Assembly: GCA_963824385.1 (NCBI GenBank) | Contig: CAWGPD010000004.1 | Span: forward strand, 512,001 to 576,000 | Origin: an uncultured Nitrososphaerota archaeon | Lineage (GTDB): Archaea > Thermoproteota > Nitrososphaeria > Nitrososphaerales > Nitrosopumilaceae | Direction of reading: 5' to 3' | Length of the DNA: 64,000 nucleotides | Part shown: piece by piece, positions 43,219 through 54,947 of the stretch | Position numbering within the stretch: position 1 is the stretch's first letter | Layout of the letters: each line of letters begins with the position of its first letter | The notes under the pieces: generated by a model | What the model saw: the letters and a program-made list of their open reading frames with translations, nothing else | Database searches by the model: none | What the model was told of the DNA's origin: nothing | Program-made: the position numbers and the translations under genes

Positions 43219-43515
43219 TCAAAATCTATAGATTTTATCAGAATCTAGAATTTTTCCGTTCTTTATTTTAATTCCTTCCTTAGATAACATGTTAGTCTTA
43301 ATTTTTTCACCCCAAGCATAACCTCCAATTTTACCATTAGACAAAATTACTCGATGACAGGGAACAATAACTGGAAACGGATTTTTATTCATTATTCTCC
43401 CAATAGTTCGTTGCCCATTTTTCAGACCCACTGCTTTTGCAAGCTCAGAATAAGTTGTTACCTTCCCTTTTGGCACTTGTAAAAGTTTTCTATATACCTC
43501 ATTTTCAAGATTCAA
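43219..43515 (-). CDS. ogt: O6-alkylguanine-DNA alkyltransferase (DNA-binding/catalytic domain only)
   Basis: VPKGKVTTY, PCHRV active site. Confidence 0.9.
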   Translation of the reverse strand: MNLENEVYRKLLQVPKGKVTTYSELAKAVGLKNGQRTIGRIMNKNPFPVIVPCHRVILSNGKIGGYAWGEKIKTNMLSKEGIKIKNGKILDSDKIYRF

Positions 43516-44288
43516 ATCTTTATCATCTCCAAATTAGTTGAATTTATCATCTCAATAATTTTTTGTTTGTTCTTTCCAAGTCCACTCCAGTCTACTAATG
43601 CAAATTTAGCATCACTATTTCGCGCCACAATATGATCAAAAAGATCTTTGTCGAGTTCATCTAAACCATGTTTTGGAATAACAGTTCCCAGTGCAAAATC
43701 ACCTTCGAGTAATTCTTTATTGAATTTACTAGGATAGTGTGTACCTCCAAAACATATGGCTACCTCACATTTCTTTTGTGGTTCAGACATTTCTTTTAGG
43801 ACTACTTTTGCTACACTTTCACACAAATTTTTATCAGTCCATTCTTTTTCAGTTGTGCCTATTTCAATGAATAAGGTAGGCTTACTCAAGGCCGTAGGTC
43901 CGTGATGAGTTGCCTCTATTGTTATATCAAATTTTGAAAAATTATCCCTTTCTTCCCATAATCGTTTCATATATGATTTTTGGAGATGCGGATGAGGTAT
44001 TGCCACCTGCCTTGGAAATCCACCAAACATTGCATCCCCGAAATTTCCTGTGCTATGGCATGTCAACGCAAGCGTTCCACTCTCAGATGCGTGTTTTGAT
44101 AAAAACACATAACCATCATAAGAATATTTTTCTTCAAGCCAATCAGCAGATATTACCGGAGTCGGTATGATTACAAGGTCAAAATCATTTCCATGATAAA
44201 TCTCATCTTCTTTTTTCATTTGTTTTGAAATAAATGATGCCATGTTAGAACCCGCAGGATCAGATTGGTATGCTACGAGTAATTGCAT
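43512..44288 (-). CDS. dtdA: D-aminoacyl-tRNA deacylase (DTD2)
   Basis: FLSKH, HSTGN, EATHHGPT, FIEIG, GGTHY. Confidence 0.93.
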   Translation of the reverse strand: MQLLVAYQSDPAGSNMASFISKQMKKEDEIYHGNDFDLVIIPTPVISADWLEEKYSYDGYVFLSKHASESGTLALTCHSTGNFGDAMFGGFPRQVAIPHPHLQKSYMKRLWEERDNFSKFDITIEATHHGPTALSKPTLFIEIGTTEKEWTDKNLCESVAKVVLKEMSEPQKKCEVAICFGGTHYPSKFNKELLEGDFALGTVIPKHGLDELDKDLFDHIVARNSDAKFALVDWSGLGKNKQKIIEMINSTNLEMIKI

Positions 44289-44327
44289 AAAATAAGAATT
44301 ATAAGGACACTTTATTAACGTCCTCCA

Positions 44328-44513
44328 ATGGTGAAGATAGACCCAAAACAGATGCTAAAGGACATGGTCAACACCATGAAACTAGCCAAAAAGTCAGACA
44401 AGGAAGATTACATGGAACATTTGAGGTTAGTAGTTCTTGGCATGGCTACACTTGGTGCCATTGGGTTCATAATTCAATTCACATTTGCTGTTATCAATTT
44501 AGGACATAGATAA
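44328..44513 (+). CDS. secE: Protein translocase subunit SecE/Sec61gamma
   Basis: LAKKSDKEDY followed by TM LGAIGFII; upstream of spt5. Confidence 0.9.
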   Translation: MVKIDPKQMLKDMVNTMKLAKKSDKEDYMEHLRLVVLGMATLGAIGFIIQFTFAVINLGHR

Positions 44514-44514
44514 A

Positions 44515-44970
44515 ATGGCACAAGAAACAAAATCGCACTTTTTTGCAGTTAGAACTACAGGGGGTCAAGAAAAGGTTGTTATGGGTTTACTAGAAAACAG
44601 AATTAAACTAAAAAAACTTAACATACAGTCAGTTCTTCTTCTAGAGAATCTCAAAGGATATGTTGTTGTAGAGGCCATAGATGCCAACGCAGCATTTGAT
44701 GCATTACAAGGAATCAGACACATTAGAGGTCAACTAAGAGGAGAATTAACATTCAAAGATATTGAAGGATATTTGGTAAAGAAATCTACAGTTTCAGAAT
44801 TAGTCGTGGATCAAGTTGTTGAGATTATTGGCGGTCCTTTCAAAGGGATGAAAGCCACAGTTACAAGAGTAGATCAGGATAAAGAAGAGGCCACTGTAAT
44901 TTTACTTGATGCACCATATCAATTACCAGTTACTGTTGATGCAAACTATCTTAAACCATCAACTCATTAG
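44515..44970 (+). CDS. spt5: Transcription elongation factor Spt5
   Basis: RTTGGQE, KGYVVVE, KOW motif GPFKG. Confidence 0.95.
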   Translation: MAQETKSHFFAVRTTGGQEKVVMGLLENRIKLKKLNIQSVLLLENLKGYVVVEAIDANAAFDALQGIRHIRGQLRGELTFKDIEGYLVKKSTVSELVVDQVVEIIGGPFKGMKATVTRVDQDKEEATVILLDAPYQLPVTVDANYLKPSTH

Positions 44971-45009
44971 CAAGGATTAAATTTACAGTTAAGAGGGAAG
45001 AAAAATATC

Positions 45010-45492
45010 ATGGTAGATATGCAAAGTGTTTCAGCACTTGTCACTGGAGGCCAAGCTAGTGCTGGTCCTCCATTAGGTCCAACATTGGGACCACTGGGTG
45101 TAAATATTTTACAAATAGTCACGGCAATAAATGAAAAAACTAAAGATTTCGAGGGAATGAAAGTCCCAGTTACAGTCAATGTAGACAAGAAGACAAAAAC
45201 ATGGACCGTAGAAGTAGGAATTCCATCTGCGGCAGCTTTAATTTTAAAAGAGGCGGGTATTCAAAAAGGTTCAGGAACTTCTGGTGCAACATGGGTTGGA
45301 GAAATATCACCTGACTCAGTTATCAAAGTTGCAAAGTTAAAAATAGATTCATCCTATGCACTAAATATCAAATCTGCCGCAAAAGAAATAATCGGAACTT
45401 GTTTAGCACTGGGAATAAAAATAGATGGTAAAAATCCTAAAGAGGCAACAGCAGAATTAGAAGCTGGTAAGTGGGACAGTAAATTTAAGTAA
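45010..45492 (+). CDS. rpl11: 50S ribosomal protein L11
   Basis: GPPLGPTLGPLG, GMKVPV. Confidence 0.96.
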   Translation: MVDMQSVSALVTGGQASAGPPLGPTLGPLGVNILQIVTAINEKTKDFEGMKVPVTVNVDKKTKTWTVEVGIPSAAALILKEAGIQKGSGTSGATWVGEISPDSVIKVAKLKIDSSYALNIKSAAKEIIGTCLALGIKIDGKNPKEATAELEAGKWDSKFK

Positions 45493-45493
45493 A

Positions 45494-45952
45494 TTATTCA
45501 ATTACAGAATAAATCGGATCTTTATCAGTTCTTTGTAGTTCAACAAAAGTTTCAGTATTTAGTATTCCTTCTATCTTACCTATCTTCTCTATAGCCACAG
45601 TATGTAATTCTTCAAGATTCTGTGCTCTTAGAGTCAATAGAATATCAAAGCGTCCAGTGACCTCAGATATTGCAACTATTTCAGGAGTTTTTATCAATGC
45701 TTTATGGATCTGGTCCTTTAACTTTGGATCCCTGTTAATACCCATAGTAGCTCTTACTCCAATACCAATCAGAGACTCGTCAACAACAATAGTAAATTTC
45801 TTGATTAATTTTTTCTTAACAAGTCTCTTTATTCTACTATATAGAACCGAAGTATTTACTCCGAGTTTTTTTGAGAGATTAGGAACTGAAGCATTACCGT
45901 CAAGGCTAAGTTCAGTAATTATTTTCATATCCAAATCATCGAATTTGTGCAA
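45494..45952 (-). CDS. Lrp/AsnC family transcriptional regulator
   Basis: DDLDMKII HTH, VTGRFD RAM domain. Confidence 0.92.
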   Translation of the reverse strand: MHKFDDLDMKIITELSLDGNASVPNLSKKLGVNTSVLYSRIKRLVKKKLIKKFTIVVDESLIGIGVRATMGINRDPKLKDQIHKALIKTPEIVAISEVTGRFDILLTLRAQNLEELHTVAIEKIGKIEGILNTETFVELQRTDKDPIYSVIE

Positions 45953-46088
45953 CTTTGCGACTTGTTTTTATTAGTATTTAATAAATGTAAGTTCCTTTTG
46001 TCAAATGTGTTCTTATTTCAAGATAAGTTCAACAACATGAAAATTTTAGAATGTTAGTATTTCTCGAATGATTTTGTCGCTAAAGGAT

Positions 46089-46096
46089 TTTAAATA
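46089..46096 (+). promoter_or_regulatory. Archaeal TATA box for rpl1 (probably a leaderless transcript)
   Basis: TTTAAATA preceded by a purine-rich BRE-like TAAAGGA, about 23 nt before the ATG at 46119. Confidence 0.55.
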
Positions 46097-46118
46097 GGCA
46101 AATTAGGAAGATTTCGTA

Positions 46119-46778
46119 ATGATTACAGAGTCCCAGATATCTCAAATGATAACAGAGGCTAAAAAGAGTACAAAGGCAAGAAAATTTAAGCAGTCAATAG
46201 AGCTTATCATGACTTTCAGAGATGTAGATGTAAAGAAAGGATTTGCAATAACTGAGACAGTTCAGTTACCAAAAAAGATGAGTCAATCAGCTAAAATTTG
46301 TGTAATTGCTTCTGGAGATCTTGGTGTAAAAGCAAAGAGTGCAAATGCAGACATGGTAATAGACAGCACACAGATAACACAAATGGGTACAAACAAGAGA
46401 GAATCACGCAAATTAATTAATGGTTATGACTTTTTCCTTGCAGATACTTCAGTTATGGCAAATGTCGGTAAGACATTAGGTCAATTCATGGGTCCTAGAG
46501 GCAAAATGCCAACACCACTTCCATTCAATGCTCCAATTGATTCAATATTAGAAAGATTCAGAACTTCAATCAAAGTTAAATTGAAAAATTCTCTTTCATT
46601 AGCATGTAAGATAGGCGATGAAACCATGTCTGATGAAGATTTACTTGCAAATGCTAATGCGGTAATTAGTACAATAGAAAAGAAATTACCAAGCGGTGAT
46701 AAAAACATCAAGAGAATAATGATCAAGACAAGCATGGGAAAAATAATTAAACCAGTACAGCAACCAGGAACGAAGTAA
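46119..46778 (+). CDS. rpl1: 50S ribosomal protein L1
   Basis: RKFKQS, GPRGKMP, KTSMG. Confidence 0.96.
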   Translation: MITESQISQMITEAKKSTKARKFKQSIELIMTFRDVDVKKGFAITETVQLPKKMSQSAKICVIASGDLGVKAKSANADMVIDSTQITQMGTNKRESRKLINGYDFFLADTSVMANVGKTLGQFMGPRGKMPTPLPFNAPIDSILERFRTSIKVKLKNSLSLACKIGDETMSDEDLLANANAVISTIEKKLPSGDKNIKRIMIKTSMGKIIKPVQQPGTK

Positions 46779-46779
46779 G

Positions 46780-47646
46780 ATGCATCAGAATAGAACAAAA
46801 TACCCTCAAAAGAAAATGCAGATGTATCAGCAACTTCAAGAATTACCAAGCAAATACAAAGTTGTAGCATTAGTTAGAATGGAAAAAGTAAGATCTTCAC
46901 AATTATTACCATTAAGAAAAAAATTCAAAGGAGAAGTAGAAATTGTAAGCATCAAAGACAAAGTTGCACAAAAATCACTTGCTACGCTAAAGATTCCAGG
47001 ACTTGAGAAACTTGCTGAAAAATTAGTTGGACAATGTGTTTTGATGTTTACAAATATGAGTCCAATCAGATTGAATATTTTACTAGGTAAAAACAAAATA
47101 ATGATGGCTGCAAGAGGTGGAGACAAAGCAAGTATAGACGTTATAATCAAAGCAGGTAACACGGGAATTACCCCTGGTCCAATTCTTACAGATTTCAAAG
47201 AAGCTGGAGTTTCAACAAAAATTGATCAAGGAACAGTTTGGATAACCAAGGATTCAGTAGCTGCAAAGAAAGGTGACACCATATCTGCAAAATTAGCTAC
47301 CTTACTTAGTAAGCTTGATGTCAAGGCAGTAGAGGCAGGCATAGTACTAAACTCCGCTTTAGAGGAGAAGATAGTTTACAATCAGGATGAATTAACAGTA
47401 GACCTAGAAAAATACAGAGCGGCTTTTGCTCAGGCCCATCAAGAAGCATTAGCATTATCCATAGAGATAGGATATGTAACCAAGGAGAATGTCAACATCA
47501 TACTTTCAAGAGCTGCTCAACAGGCAAGATCACTTGCAATAGAATCAGGGTTCCTTACTGAAGACACTAAGGAATCAACTATTCAGAGAGCTCATGGACA
47601 AGCCAAATCACTATCAACAAAGCTAAAGAACTACAGCGCTCAATAA
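46780..47646 (+). CDS. rpl10: 50S ribosomal protein L10/P0
   Basis: AARGG, GNTGITPGP; follows rpl1. Confidence 0.94.
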   Translation: MHQNRTKYPQKKMQMYQQLQELPSKYKVVALVRMEKVRSSQLLPLRKKFKGEVEIVSIKDKVAQKSLATLKIPGLEKLAEKLVGQCVLMFTNMSPIRLNILLGKNKIMMAARGGDKASIDVIIKAGNTGITPGPILTDFKEAGVSTKIDQGTVWITKDSVAAKKGDTISAKLATLLSKLDVKAVEAGIVLNSALEEKIVYNQDELTVDLEKYRAAFAQAHQEALALSIEIGYVTKENVNIILSRAAQQARSLAIESGFLTEDTKESTIQRAHGQAKSLSTKLKNYSAQ

Positions 47647-47653
47647 CTCAAAA

Positions 47654-48286
47654 TCATCCACGCACTTTGGGTAAATTCCAATTGTATTTCATAGCAACTA
47701 GTCTTAGTATAGTAGTAACTATGATTGAACCAATTGTTGCCACTTCAATTTGAAATTTAGTAATTAAAAGAATGTAAAAAATCACAACACCTAGAAAACT
47801 TGCTGACGCATAGAGCTCTTTAACAAAAACCATAGGTATTTCATTTACAAACATATCTCGCAAAATTCCTCCTCCTACAGCTGTCACCATTCCTGCCATG
47901 GCCATAGCAAGAAAGTTCATTCCAAATAATTGATATGCCAATGTAGCGCCAATTGCAGTAAATACGCCCAACCCAAGTGCGTCAAATTTTAAAAATAAAT
48001 TCCAGTGTTTTTGCATTTTAGGATAGAGAAAGAATATGACAACACCTGTTGTGGTAGTAATAATTACATAATATGGATCAGAGATTGAATGAGGAGGAAA
48101 ATGACCAAGTATGATATCCCGTATAGTTCCTCCCGCAACACCGGTTATTGTTGCAAGAATTATAATTCCTACAATGTCTGCTTTGTGTTCTATTGCTTTG
48201 AATGCACCTGTCACAGCAAAGGCCATAGTTCCAAACAAATCCAATATCAAGACAATAAATTGAATTGGAGAAGAGAGTTCAGTCAA
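47654..48286 (-). CDS. Trimeric intracellular cation channel (TRIC/UPF0126) family protein
   Basis: FAVTGA, GGTIRD, DALGL, GGGILRD, ELYA. Confidence 0.9.
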   Translation of the reverse strand: MTELSSPIQFIVLILDLFGTMAFAVTGAFKAIEHKADIVGIIILATITGVAGGTIRDIILGHFPPHSISDPYYVIITTTTGVVIFFLYPKMQKHWNLFLKFDALGLGVFTAIGATLAYQLFGMNFLAMAMAGMVTAVGGGILRDMFVNEIPMVFVKELYASASFLGVVIFYILLITKFQIEVATIGSIIVTTILRLVAMKYNWNLPKVRG

Positions 48287-48358
48287 ATAACAAATTAACC
48301 AAGACTATAGTAAATAATGTTTTTAAGAAATTACAAAAAGGGGGATAAAATTACAGTT

Positions 48359-48658
48359 TTAACCGAATAGTGCAGAAAGACCTTCCATAGCCTGTTCTTC
48401 GGTCTTTGCAGATGGCAGTTCAGCTTCCTTCTTTCCTTCTGCTGCTCCTCCACCTGATGGTGCGGCTGGTGCAGCGACTGCTACTGGGGCAGCTTTGATT
48501 GCTTCCTCAATGTCCACATCTGCTAGTGCAGCTACAAGTGCCTTTACTTGTGCCTCATTTACTTCAGCACCAGAAGCCTTTACAACATTAGCAATATTTG
48601 CTTCATTGATTTCCTTCTTTTGTTTGTGCAAAAGCAATGCAGCGTATACGTATTCCAT
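48359..48658 (-). CDS. rpl12: 50S ribosomal protein P1/L12
   Basis: [11 protein letters not shown]...EGLSALFG. Confidence 0.96.
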   Translation of the reverse strand: MEYVYAALLLHKQKKEINEANIANVVKASGAEVNEAQVKALVAALADVDIEEAIKAAPVAVAAPAAPSGGGAAEGKKEAELPSAKTEEQAMEGLSALFG

Positions 48659-48734
48659 TGTAAACAAATTTTGCAAGAGGCATAATATAAAACTATGGAG
48701 TTTTTAGGAAAAATAAATAAAAAAAATACCTTTT

Positions 48735-49256
48735 CTAGTTTAAGATCTTAAGACCTCTACATATTGAATACATGTATTTCTTTAGATCTTTATCATAAAG
48801 TGTATCCATTCTTTGTTTTAGAAGTCGCTTTGCCTGATCTCGCTCTGTACCATTAGGTAAAGACAGAACATTGTTAATCAATTCAGGAATTGATTCTCGA
48901 ACCCAACCAGAAATGATATTATGAATATTTTTGTGGATTTTGTAAACGTCATTGGTATCAACATCAAATACTCCAGTAAAATTATTGAATTCAACTCTAT
49001 AGATCAAGGCAAAGATACACTCCTTCGGATTAGGATTTTTTAGGATTTCAACTGATTGAGGACCTGCCTTTCCTTGTGAGATCTTATTCTTCAAACCTAC
49101 AGGATTTATCACAATTCCATTAATCCCAATGTTACTGTTTTCTACTCCTGTTACAATACCTACAATGATATCTCTATACTCACCATTGGGCTGGGATGCA
49201 AAGGCAAAGTCTCCTTCTTTCCAGCCCTTCTTTTGAAACATGAGAAACTTTTCCAA
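48735..49256 (-). CDS. Hypothetical protein
   Basis: 173-aa ORF upstream of rpl12. Confidence 0.7.
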   Translation of the reverse strand: MEKFLMFQKKGWKEGDFAFASQPNGEYRDIIVGIVTGVENSNIGINGIVINPVGLKNKISQGKAGPQSVEILKNPNPKECIFALIYRVEFNNFTGVFDVDTNDVYKIHKNIHNIISGWVRESIPELINNVLSLPNGTERDQAKRLLKQRMDTLYDKDLKKYMYSICRGLKILN

Positions 49257-49318
49257 TAAATCATATTTAATGTGTTGCTTCAGAATGCTTAATATCAGTC
49301 AGAAGAAAAAATTGTGAA

Positions 49319-52027
49319 ATGGACAAAGATCAAATCCTTTCAAAGTTTTCCACCGATCCAGAAAGATACTATAAAGTTTCATTATTTGAAAATGAGGGAT
49401 TTAGAAGAAAATCATGTAGTAAATGTCGAAGATATTTTTGGACTTTAGATGACAATATGAGTTTGTGTCCGGATCATATAGAAAATAGTTATTCTTTCAT
49501 TGGTGATCCTCCCACAAACAAGAGATTTGATTATACACAAGCATGGAAAGAAGTAGAATCATTCTTTGTTCAGAATAATCATAAATCAGTTGGAAGGTAT
49601 CCAGTAGTTTGCAGATGGCGTGATGATCTTTATTTTACGATTGCATCAATTGTTGATTTTCAGAGAGTAATGGGTTCCAAAGTTGTCTTTGAATTTCCTG
49701 CCAATCCGTTAATTGTCCCTCAAACTTGTCTCAGATTCAAAGATATTGAGAATGTTGGAGTAACTGGGAGGCATTTTTCTAGTTTTTGTATGATAGGACA
49801 ACACAGTATACCAAATTCACAAGGATATTGGAAGGATAGATGTGTAGAACTTGATTTTAAACTTCTTACAGATAGATTAGGAATTAATAAAAAGGAAATA
49901 GTATTTGTTGAAGATGTCTGGGCAGGAGGAGGATCTTTTGGTTCGTCACTTGAATATTTTGTAAGAGGTTTAGAACTTGGTAATGCAGTATTTACGGAAT
50001 TCCAGGGAGATTTGAATAATTATTCTGTTTTAGATCAAAAAATTATCGACATGGGAGCAGGCCTTGAAAGATTCGCATGGATAACAATGGGAACTCCAAC
50101 TGCGTATGATTGCTGTTTTGGACCAATAACAAACTACATGATACAAAAAATAGGTATCAATATGGATTCAAGCATAATTTCAAAATATTTCATGGCAGTT
50201 GCAAAAGCTCTATCAGAATCAGAAGATATATCAATAGTCAGAAAAACCGCTGCAAGAATTGCAGGTTTAGATGAAACAAAACAGGATAAGATAATTTCAC
50301 CACTTGAAGGCATATACATGATAGCAGATCATTTGAGAACCCTCATTTTTGCAATTTCTGATGGTGCATTACCAAGTAATGTTGGAGGAGGCTATAACTT
50401 GAGAATGATTCTAAGGAGAACACTTGCTACGATTGATAGATTTGGCTGGAATTTTGATCTCAATGACTTGATTGATCTACACATAGATTATCTAAAATCA
50501 ACGTACCCAGAGCTTGAGCAAACTCGTAATGATGTTAAAACAATAATCGAGGTAGAAAAGAATCGTTACAATGAATCTAGAGTTAGAATGAAAAACATGG
50601 CAATAACTATCAAGACACAGAATAAGAAATTAACAGTAGATGATCTCATTCGCTTGTACGAGTCAGATGGTATAACACCAGATTTCCTCAAAGAATATCA
50701 GATAATTCCAGAAATTCCTTCAACGTTTTATGAAAGATTAACAGATTTGCACCAATCTGAGAAAATTGAAAAAAAACAAGATCTGAATTTGGAGGGAATA
50801 CCCGATACAGAATTGCTATATTACAAAGATAATCCTCATGAATTTGAAGCCAAAGTTCTTCGAGTTATAAATAATAAATTTGTCATACTAGATAAAACGT
50901 CATTTTATGCAAGAGGAGGCGGTCAAGAGCCAGATCATGGAATAATTTCAGAATCAAATGTAATAGATGTTACAAAACATGGTAATGTTGTATTACATGA
51001 GATTAAAGATTCTACACCAAAAGAAGGTACAATTGTAAAATGTAAAATTGATTCTACAAGAAGATTTGGAATAACACGTAATCATACAAGTACTCACGTG
51101 CTAAATGCATCTTCAAGAAACATACTGGGTTCATGGATATGGCAACATTCTGCATTCAAGGATGTGGATTATGCAAGACTTGACATTACTCACCATTCAA
51201 ATCTCACAGAAGAAGAAATAATGAAGATAGAAGATCTTGCAAACATCACCATAAGAAAAAATATTCCTATATTAATCAATCAGTTTGAAAGAGGTGAAGC
51301 TGAACAAGAATATGGTTTTAGAATTTATCAAGGAGGAGTAGTTCCAGTAAAACTAGTACGAATTGTCAACATAGAAGGATTTGATGTGGAAGCTTGTGGT
51401 GGAACTCATGTTCAAAAAACAGGTGAATTGGGATTAATAAAAATTACAAAAGCTGAGAGAATCCAAGATGGAGTAGTAAGACTAGAATTTGTTTCGGGGG
51501 AGGCCGCACTAAAGTATACTCAAAGTCAAGATAGAAAGATTTCACACATAGTAAAATCACTTGGTTCAAGCAAAGAAAAAATGTTGGAATCGTTTGAACA
51601 TGTAATGAAGGATTCTGATGATGCAAAAAGAAAATTAAAGCAATTAATGAAAAGAACTTCAGAGTCATCTGCAAAAGAGGCAATTTCTCAGGCAAAGAAT
51701 ATCGGACAGGTGAAACTTTACAGTACAGTTGAGGAAGAACTTGATGAAGAATTCCACATATCTACAGGAGAGATAGCAACCAAGATTGAAAAATCGTTGA
51801 TCTACTGTGCATTAATAATAAAAAATGAAACAATAAAAATAATTGCGTTTTGTGGTTCTGAAGCTATTTCAATCAAGAAAGCAGGAGATCTAGTAAAGGA
51901 TGTATCCAAAGTACTTGGTGGCTCTGGAGGTGGAAGAGATACTTTTGGTCAGGGAGGAGGAAAAGATCTATCAAAAATAAAAGATGCTCTTCTGACTATA
52001 GAAAAATCAGTTATTGGAGAGAGATAG
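49319..52027 (+). CDS. alaS: Alanyl-tRNA synthetase
   Basis: RWRDDLYFTIASI, GLELGN, editing motifs HTSTH and CGGTH, GGSGGG. Confidence 0.97.
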   Translation: MDKDQILSKFSTDPERYYKVSLFENEGFRRKSCSKCRRYFWTLDDNMSLCPDHIENSYSFIGDPPTNKRFDYTQAWKEVESFFVQNNHKSVGRYPVVCRWRDDLYFTIASIVDFQRVMGSKVVFEFPANPLIVPQTCLRFKDIENVGVTGRHFSSFCMIGQHSIPNSQGYWKDRCVELDFKLLTDRLGINKKEIVFVEDVWAGGGSFGSSLEYFVRGLELGNAVFTEFQGDLNNYSVLDQKIIDMGAGLERFAWITMGTPTAYDCCFGPITNYMIQKIGINMDSSIISKYFMAVAKALSESEDISIVRKTAARIAGLDETKQDKIISPLEGIYMIADHLRTLIFAISDGALPSNVGGGYNLRMILRRTLATIDRFGWNFDLNDLIDLHIDYLKSTYPELEQTRNDVKTIIEVEKNRYNESRVRMKNMAITIKTQNKKLTVDDLIRLYESDGITPDFLKEYQIIPEIPSTFYERLTDLHQSEKIEKKQDLNLEGIPDTELLYYKDNPHEFEAKVLRVINNKFVILDKTSFYARGGGQEPDHGIISESNVIDVTKHGNVVLHEIKDSTPKEGTIVKCKIDSTRRFGITRNHTSTHVLNASSRNILGSWIWQHSAFKDVDYARLDITHHSNLTEEEIMKIEDLANITIRKNIPILINQFERGEAEQEYGFRIYQGGVVPVKLVRIVNIEGFDVEACGGTHVQKTGELGLIKITKAERIQDGVVRLEFVSGEAALKYTQSQDRKISHIVKSLGSSKEKMLESFEHVMKDSDDAKRKLKQLMKRTSESSAKEAISQAKNIGQVKLYSTVEEELDEEFHISTGEIATKIEKSLIYCALIIKNETIKIIAFCGSEAISIKKAGDLVKDVSKVLGGSGGGRDTFGQGGGKDLSKIKDALLTIEKSVIGER

Positions 52028-52030
52028 TAA

Positions 52031-54902
52031 ATGGACTGGACTTCACTTGAAGAAAAATGGAGACATATATGGGAAACTGAGAAATATTTTGAGACTGATC
52101 CTAATAATAAAAAAAAATTCTTTGTAACTGTAGCTTATCCATACCCCAATTCTCCGCAACATGTGGGACATGGTAGAACATACACACTAGCAGATGTTCA
52201 TGCAAGATTTATGCGCATGATGGGTTACAATGTATTATTTCCAATGGGGTTTCACTATACAGGAACTCCCATACTTGGCATGGCAAGAAGAGTTCAAGAC
52301 AATGACATAAAATTATTAGAAACATTTCGTAATATATACAAGGTTCCAGATGAGAAGATAAGAGAATTTACAGAGCCAATAAAAATTGCAGATTATTTCC
52401 ACCAAGAGATAAAGGCAGGAATGAAAGAGATGGGATATTCAATAGATTGGAGAAGAGAATTTACTACAGTAGATCCTGTGTATAGCAAATTTATTGAGTG
52501 GCAGTTTAAAAAATTAAAAGAAAAGAATCTGATAATTCAGGGCACCCACCCTGTAGGATGGTGTCCAAAGGATCAGAATCCAGTCTCTCAACATGATACT
52601 CAGGGAGATGTAGAGCCAAGTTTTACAGAATACACAATCATCAAATTCAAGTATGAAAAATATATCATTCCCACTGCAACATTACGACCTGAGACTATTT
52701 TTGGAGTAACAAACATTTGGATAAATCCAGAATTTATTTATGAAATCATCCAAGTAAATGATGAAGAGTGGATAGTAACAAGCGAATGCGCAAGAAAGTT
52801 AGAATTTCATAATAAAAAAATAACAAGATTAGATAAAATATCAGGAAATGAACTAATAGGTAAAAAAGTTCAGGTTCCTGAAAGAAATGATCAAGTTCTA
52901 ATTCTACCTGCAAGTTTTGTCAAAAGTGAGAATGGTACAGGCATAGTAATGTCAGTTCCAGCACATGCTCCTTTTGATTATCAAGCTTTAGAAGATTTGA
53001 AAAAAGAATTTACAAAATATCCTCATCTTTCTGAGATTCAAAAAATTAAAGTCTATACCAATAATTGCAACAGAAGGCTATGGGGAAATTCCTGCTCAAG
53101 ATGTAATAATCAGACTTCAAATTGAAAATCAGAATAATCCCAGATTAGAAGAAGCAACCAAAGAGATATACTCAAAGGAATTTTACAGTGGCAAATTAAA
53201 ACAGAATACTGGAAAATTTGCAAATAAAACAGTCTCAGAGGCAAAAGATGAAGTGAAAAAATGGATGCTACAAACTGGAAATGCAGATATTCTCTATGAA
53301 TTAAACGAGTCGCCCATAAGATGCAGGTGTGGTGTAGAATGTGTAGTAAAAATACTCAACAATCAATGGTTTCTTAACTATTCAGATCCGGAATGGAAAA
53401 CAAAAGTTCACTCATGGATAAATGAGATGAAAATTCTGCCAGAAGAAATTAGAAATGAATTCAATAATGTTGTAGATTGGCTCCGAGAGAGAGCATGTGC
53501 AAGACAACATGGATTAGGAACAAAATTACCATGGGACAAGAACTGGATAATAGAGAGTCTCTCAGATTCAGTGATTTACATGGCATATTACACAATAGCA
53601 AAATATGTAAACAGTAAAGAAATTACAGCAGAAAACACATCTGATATTTTTTTCGATCATGTGTTTCTGAACGAAGGTAGTTCAGAGATGGTCTCGTCTC
53701 AATGTAAAATAACATCAAACCTACTTGAGAAGATAAAAAATGAATTCCAGTATTTTTATCCAGTTAATGCAAGACACTCAGGTAGAGATCTAGTACCAAA
53801 TCATCTGACATTTTTTATTTTCAACCACATAGCAATATTTCCCAAGAAATACTGGCCTGAAGAAATTGTGGTCAATGGTTCAGTTTTAATGGATGGAAAA
53901 AAGATGTCAAAGTCTGAAGGAAATATAATTCCGCTTAGAGATGCCATAAGAATTCACGGTGCGGATTCTATAAGACTTGCAATTTTAATTTCAGCAGAGC
54001 TATTACAAGATGCAGATTTCAACCAAGAAGCAGTCAAAGGAATAAAGAACAAGTTAGAAAGTATGTTAGATGAATGCTCAAAATACAAATCTGTTCAGAA
54101 TGTCAAACTTGAACAGGAAGATAGATGGATAAAAAGCAAGATTGAACAATTGACTTTCATGACAACTTCATCAATACAAAAAATGAGATTAAGAGAAGCA
54201 TTACATTTCATACTCTACGAGTTTGAGTCAGATCTTCAGTGGTATATGAAACGAGTTACCGCAAAGAAACGTGAAGATTTCTCAGGAATCTTGCATGAAA
54301 TATTTTCTACAAGAGTAGCAATGATGTCACCTTTTGCTCCATATGTGTCAGAAGAAATGTGGTATAGATTAGGAAATCCAGGTATTGTATCAAAGTCTTC
54401 CTGGCCCACATATCATGCTGATAGTATTGACTTTGAATCAATTCAATCTGAAAATCTACTAAAAAATACGATGGATGATATAAAAAATATAATCAAGGTC
54501 ACAAAGATTATTCCTAAAAAAATAATAATTTACACACCAGCACCATGGAAAGTAAAGGCCTATCAGAAAATTTTATCTAAAGTTGTTGAAGGTGAGGTAA
54601 ACATAGGCACTTTAATAAAATCACTTATTGCAGACAAAGAAACAGAGGAAATAAAGAAAGATCCTGATTTTGTTAAAAAAACAGTTAATGATATTTTATC
54701 AGAGTCACAAAAAGAGAGAGAATCAAAAAATAGAATTGGCTTAATTGATGAAAAGAAAATTCTTTCTGAGCTAGATTCACTTGTACAAGCTGAATTTGGA
54801 ATTATGTCCCAAGTATTTGCAGAATCGGATCAAGACAAATATGATCCAAAAAATAAATCAAGAACAGCTAGACCATACAAACCAGCCATCTTAATAGAAT
54901 AA
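52031..54902 (+). CDS. leuS: Leucyl-tRNA synthetase (frameshift at ~53052)
   Basis: YPYPNS..HVGH, TLRPET, GTGIVMSVPAHAP, KMSKS. Confidence 0.96.
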
Positions 54903-54947
54903 CAATTGCCGCATGTTTTTATTAGGTAATTTAGGGTGTAAGATCGT

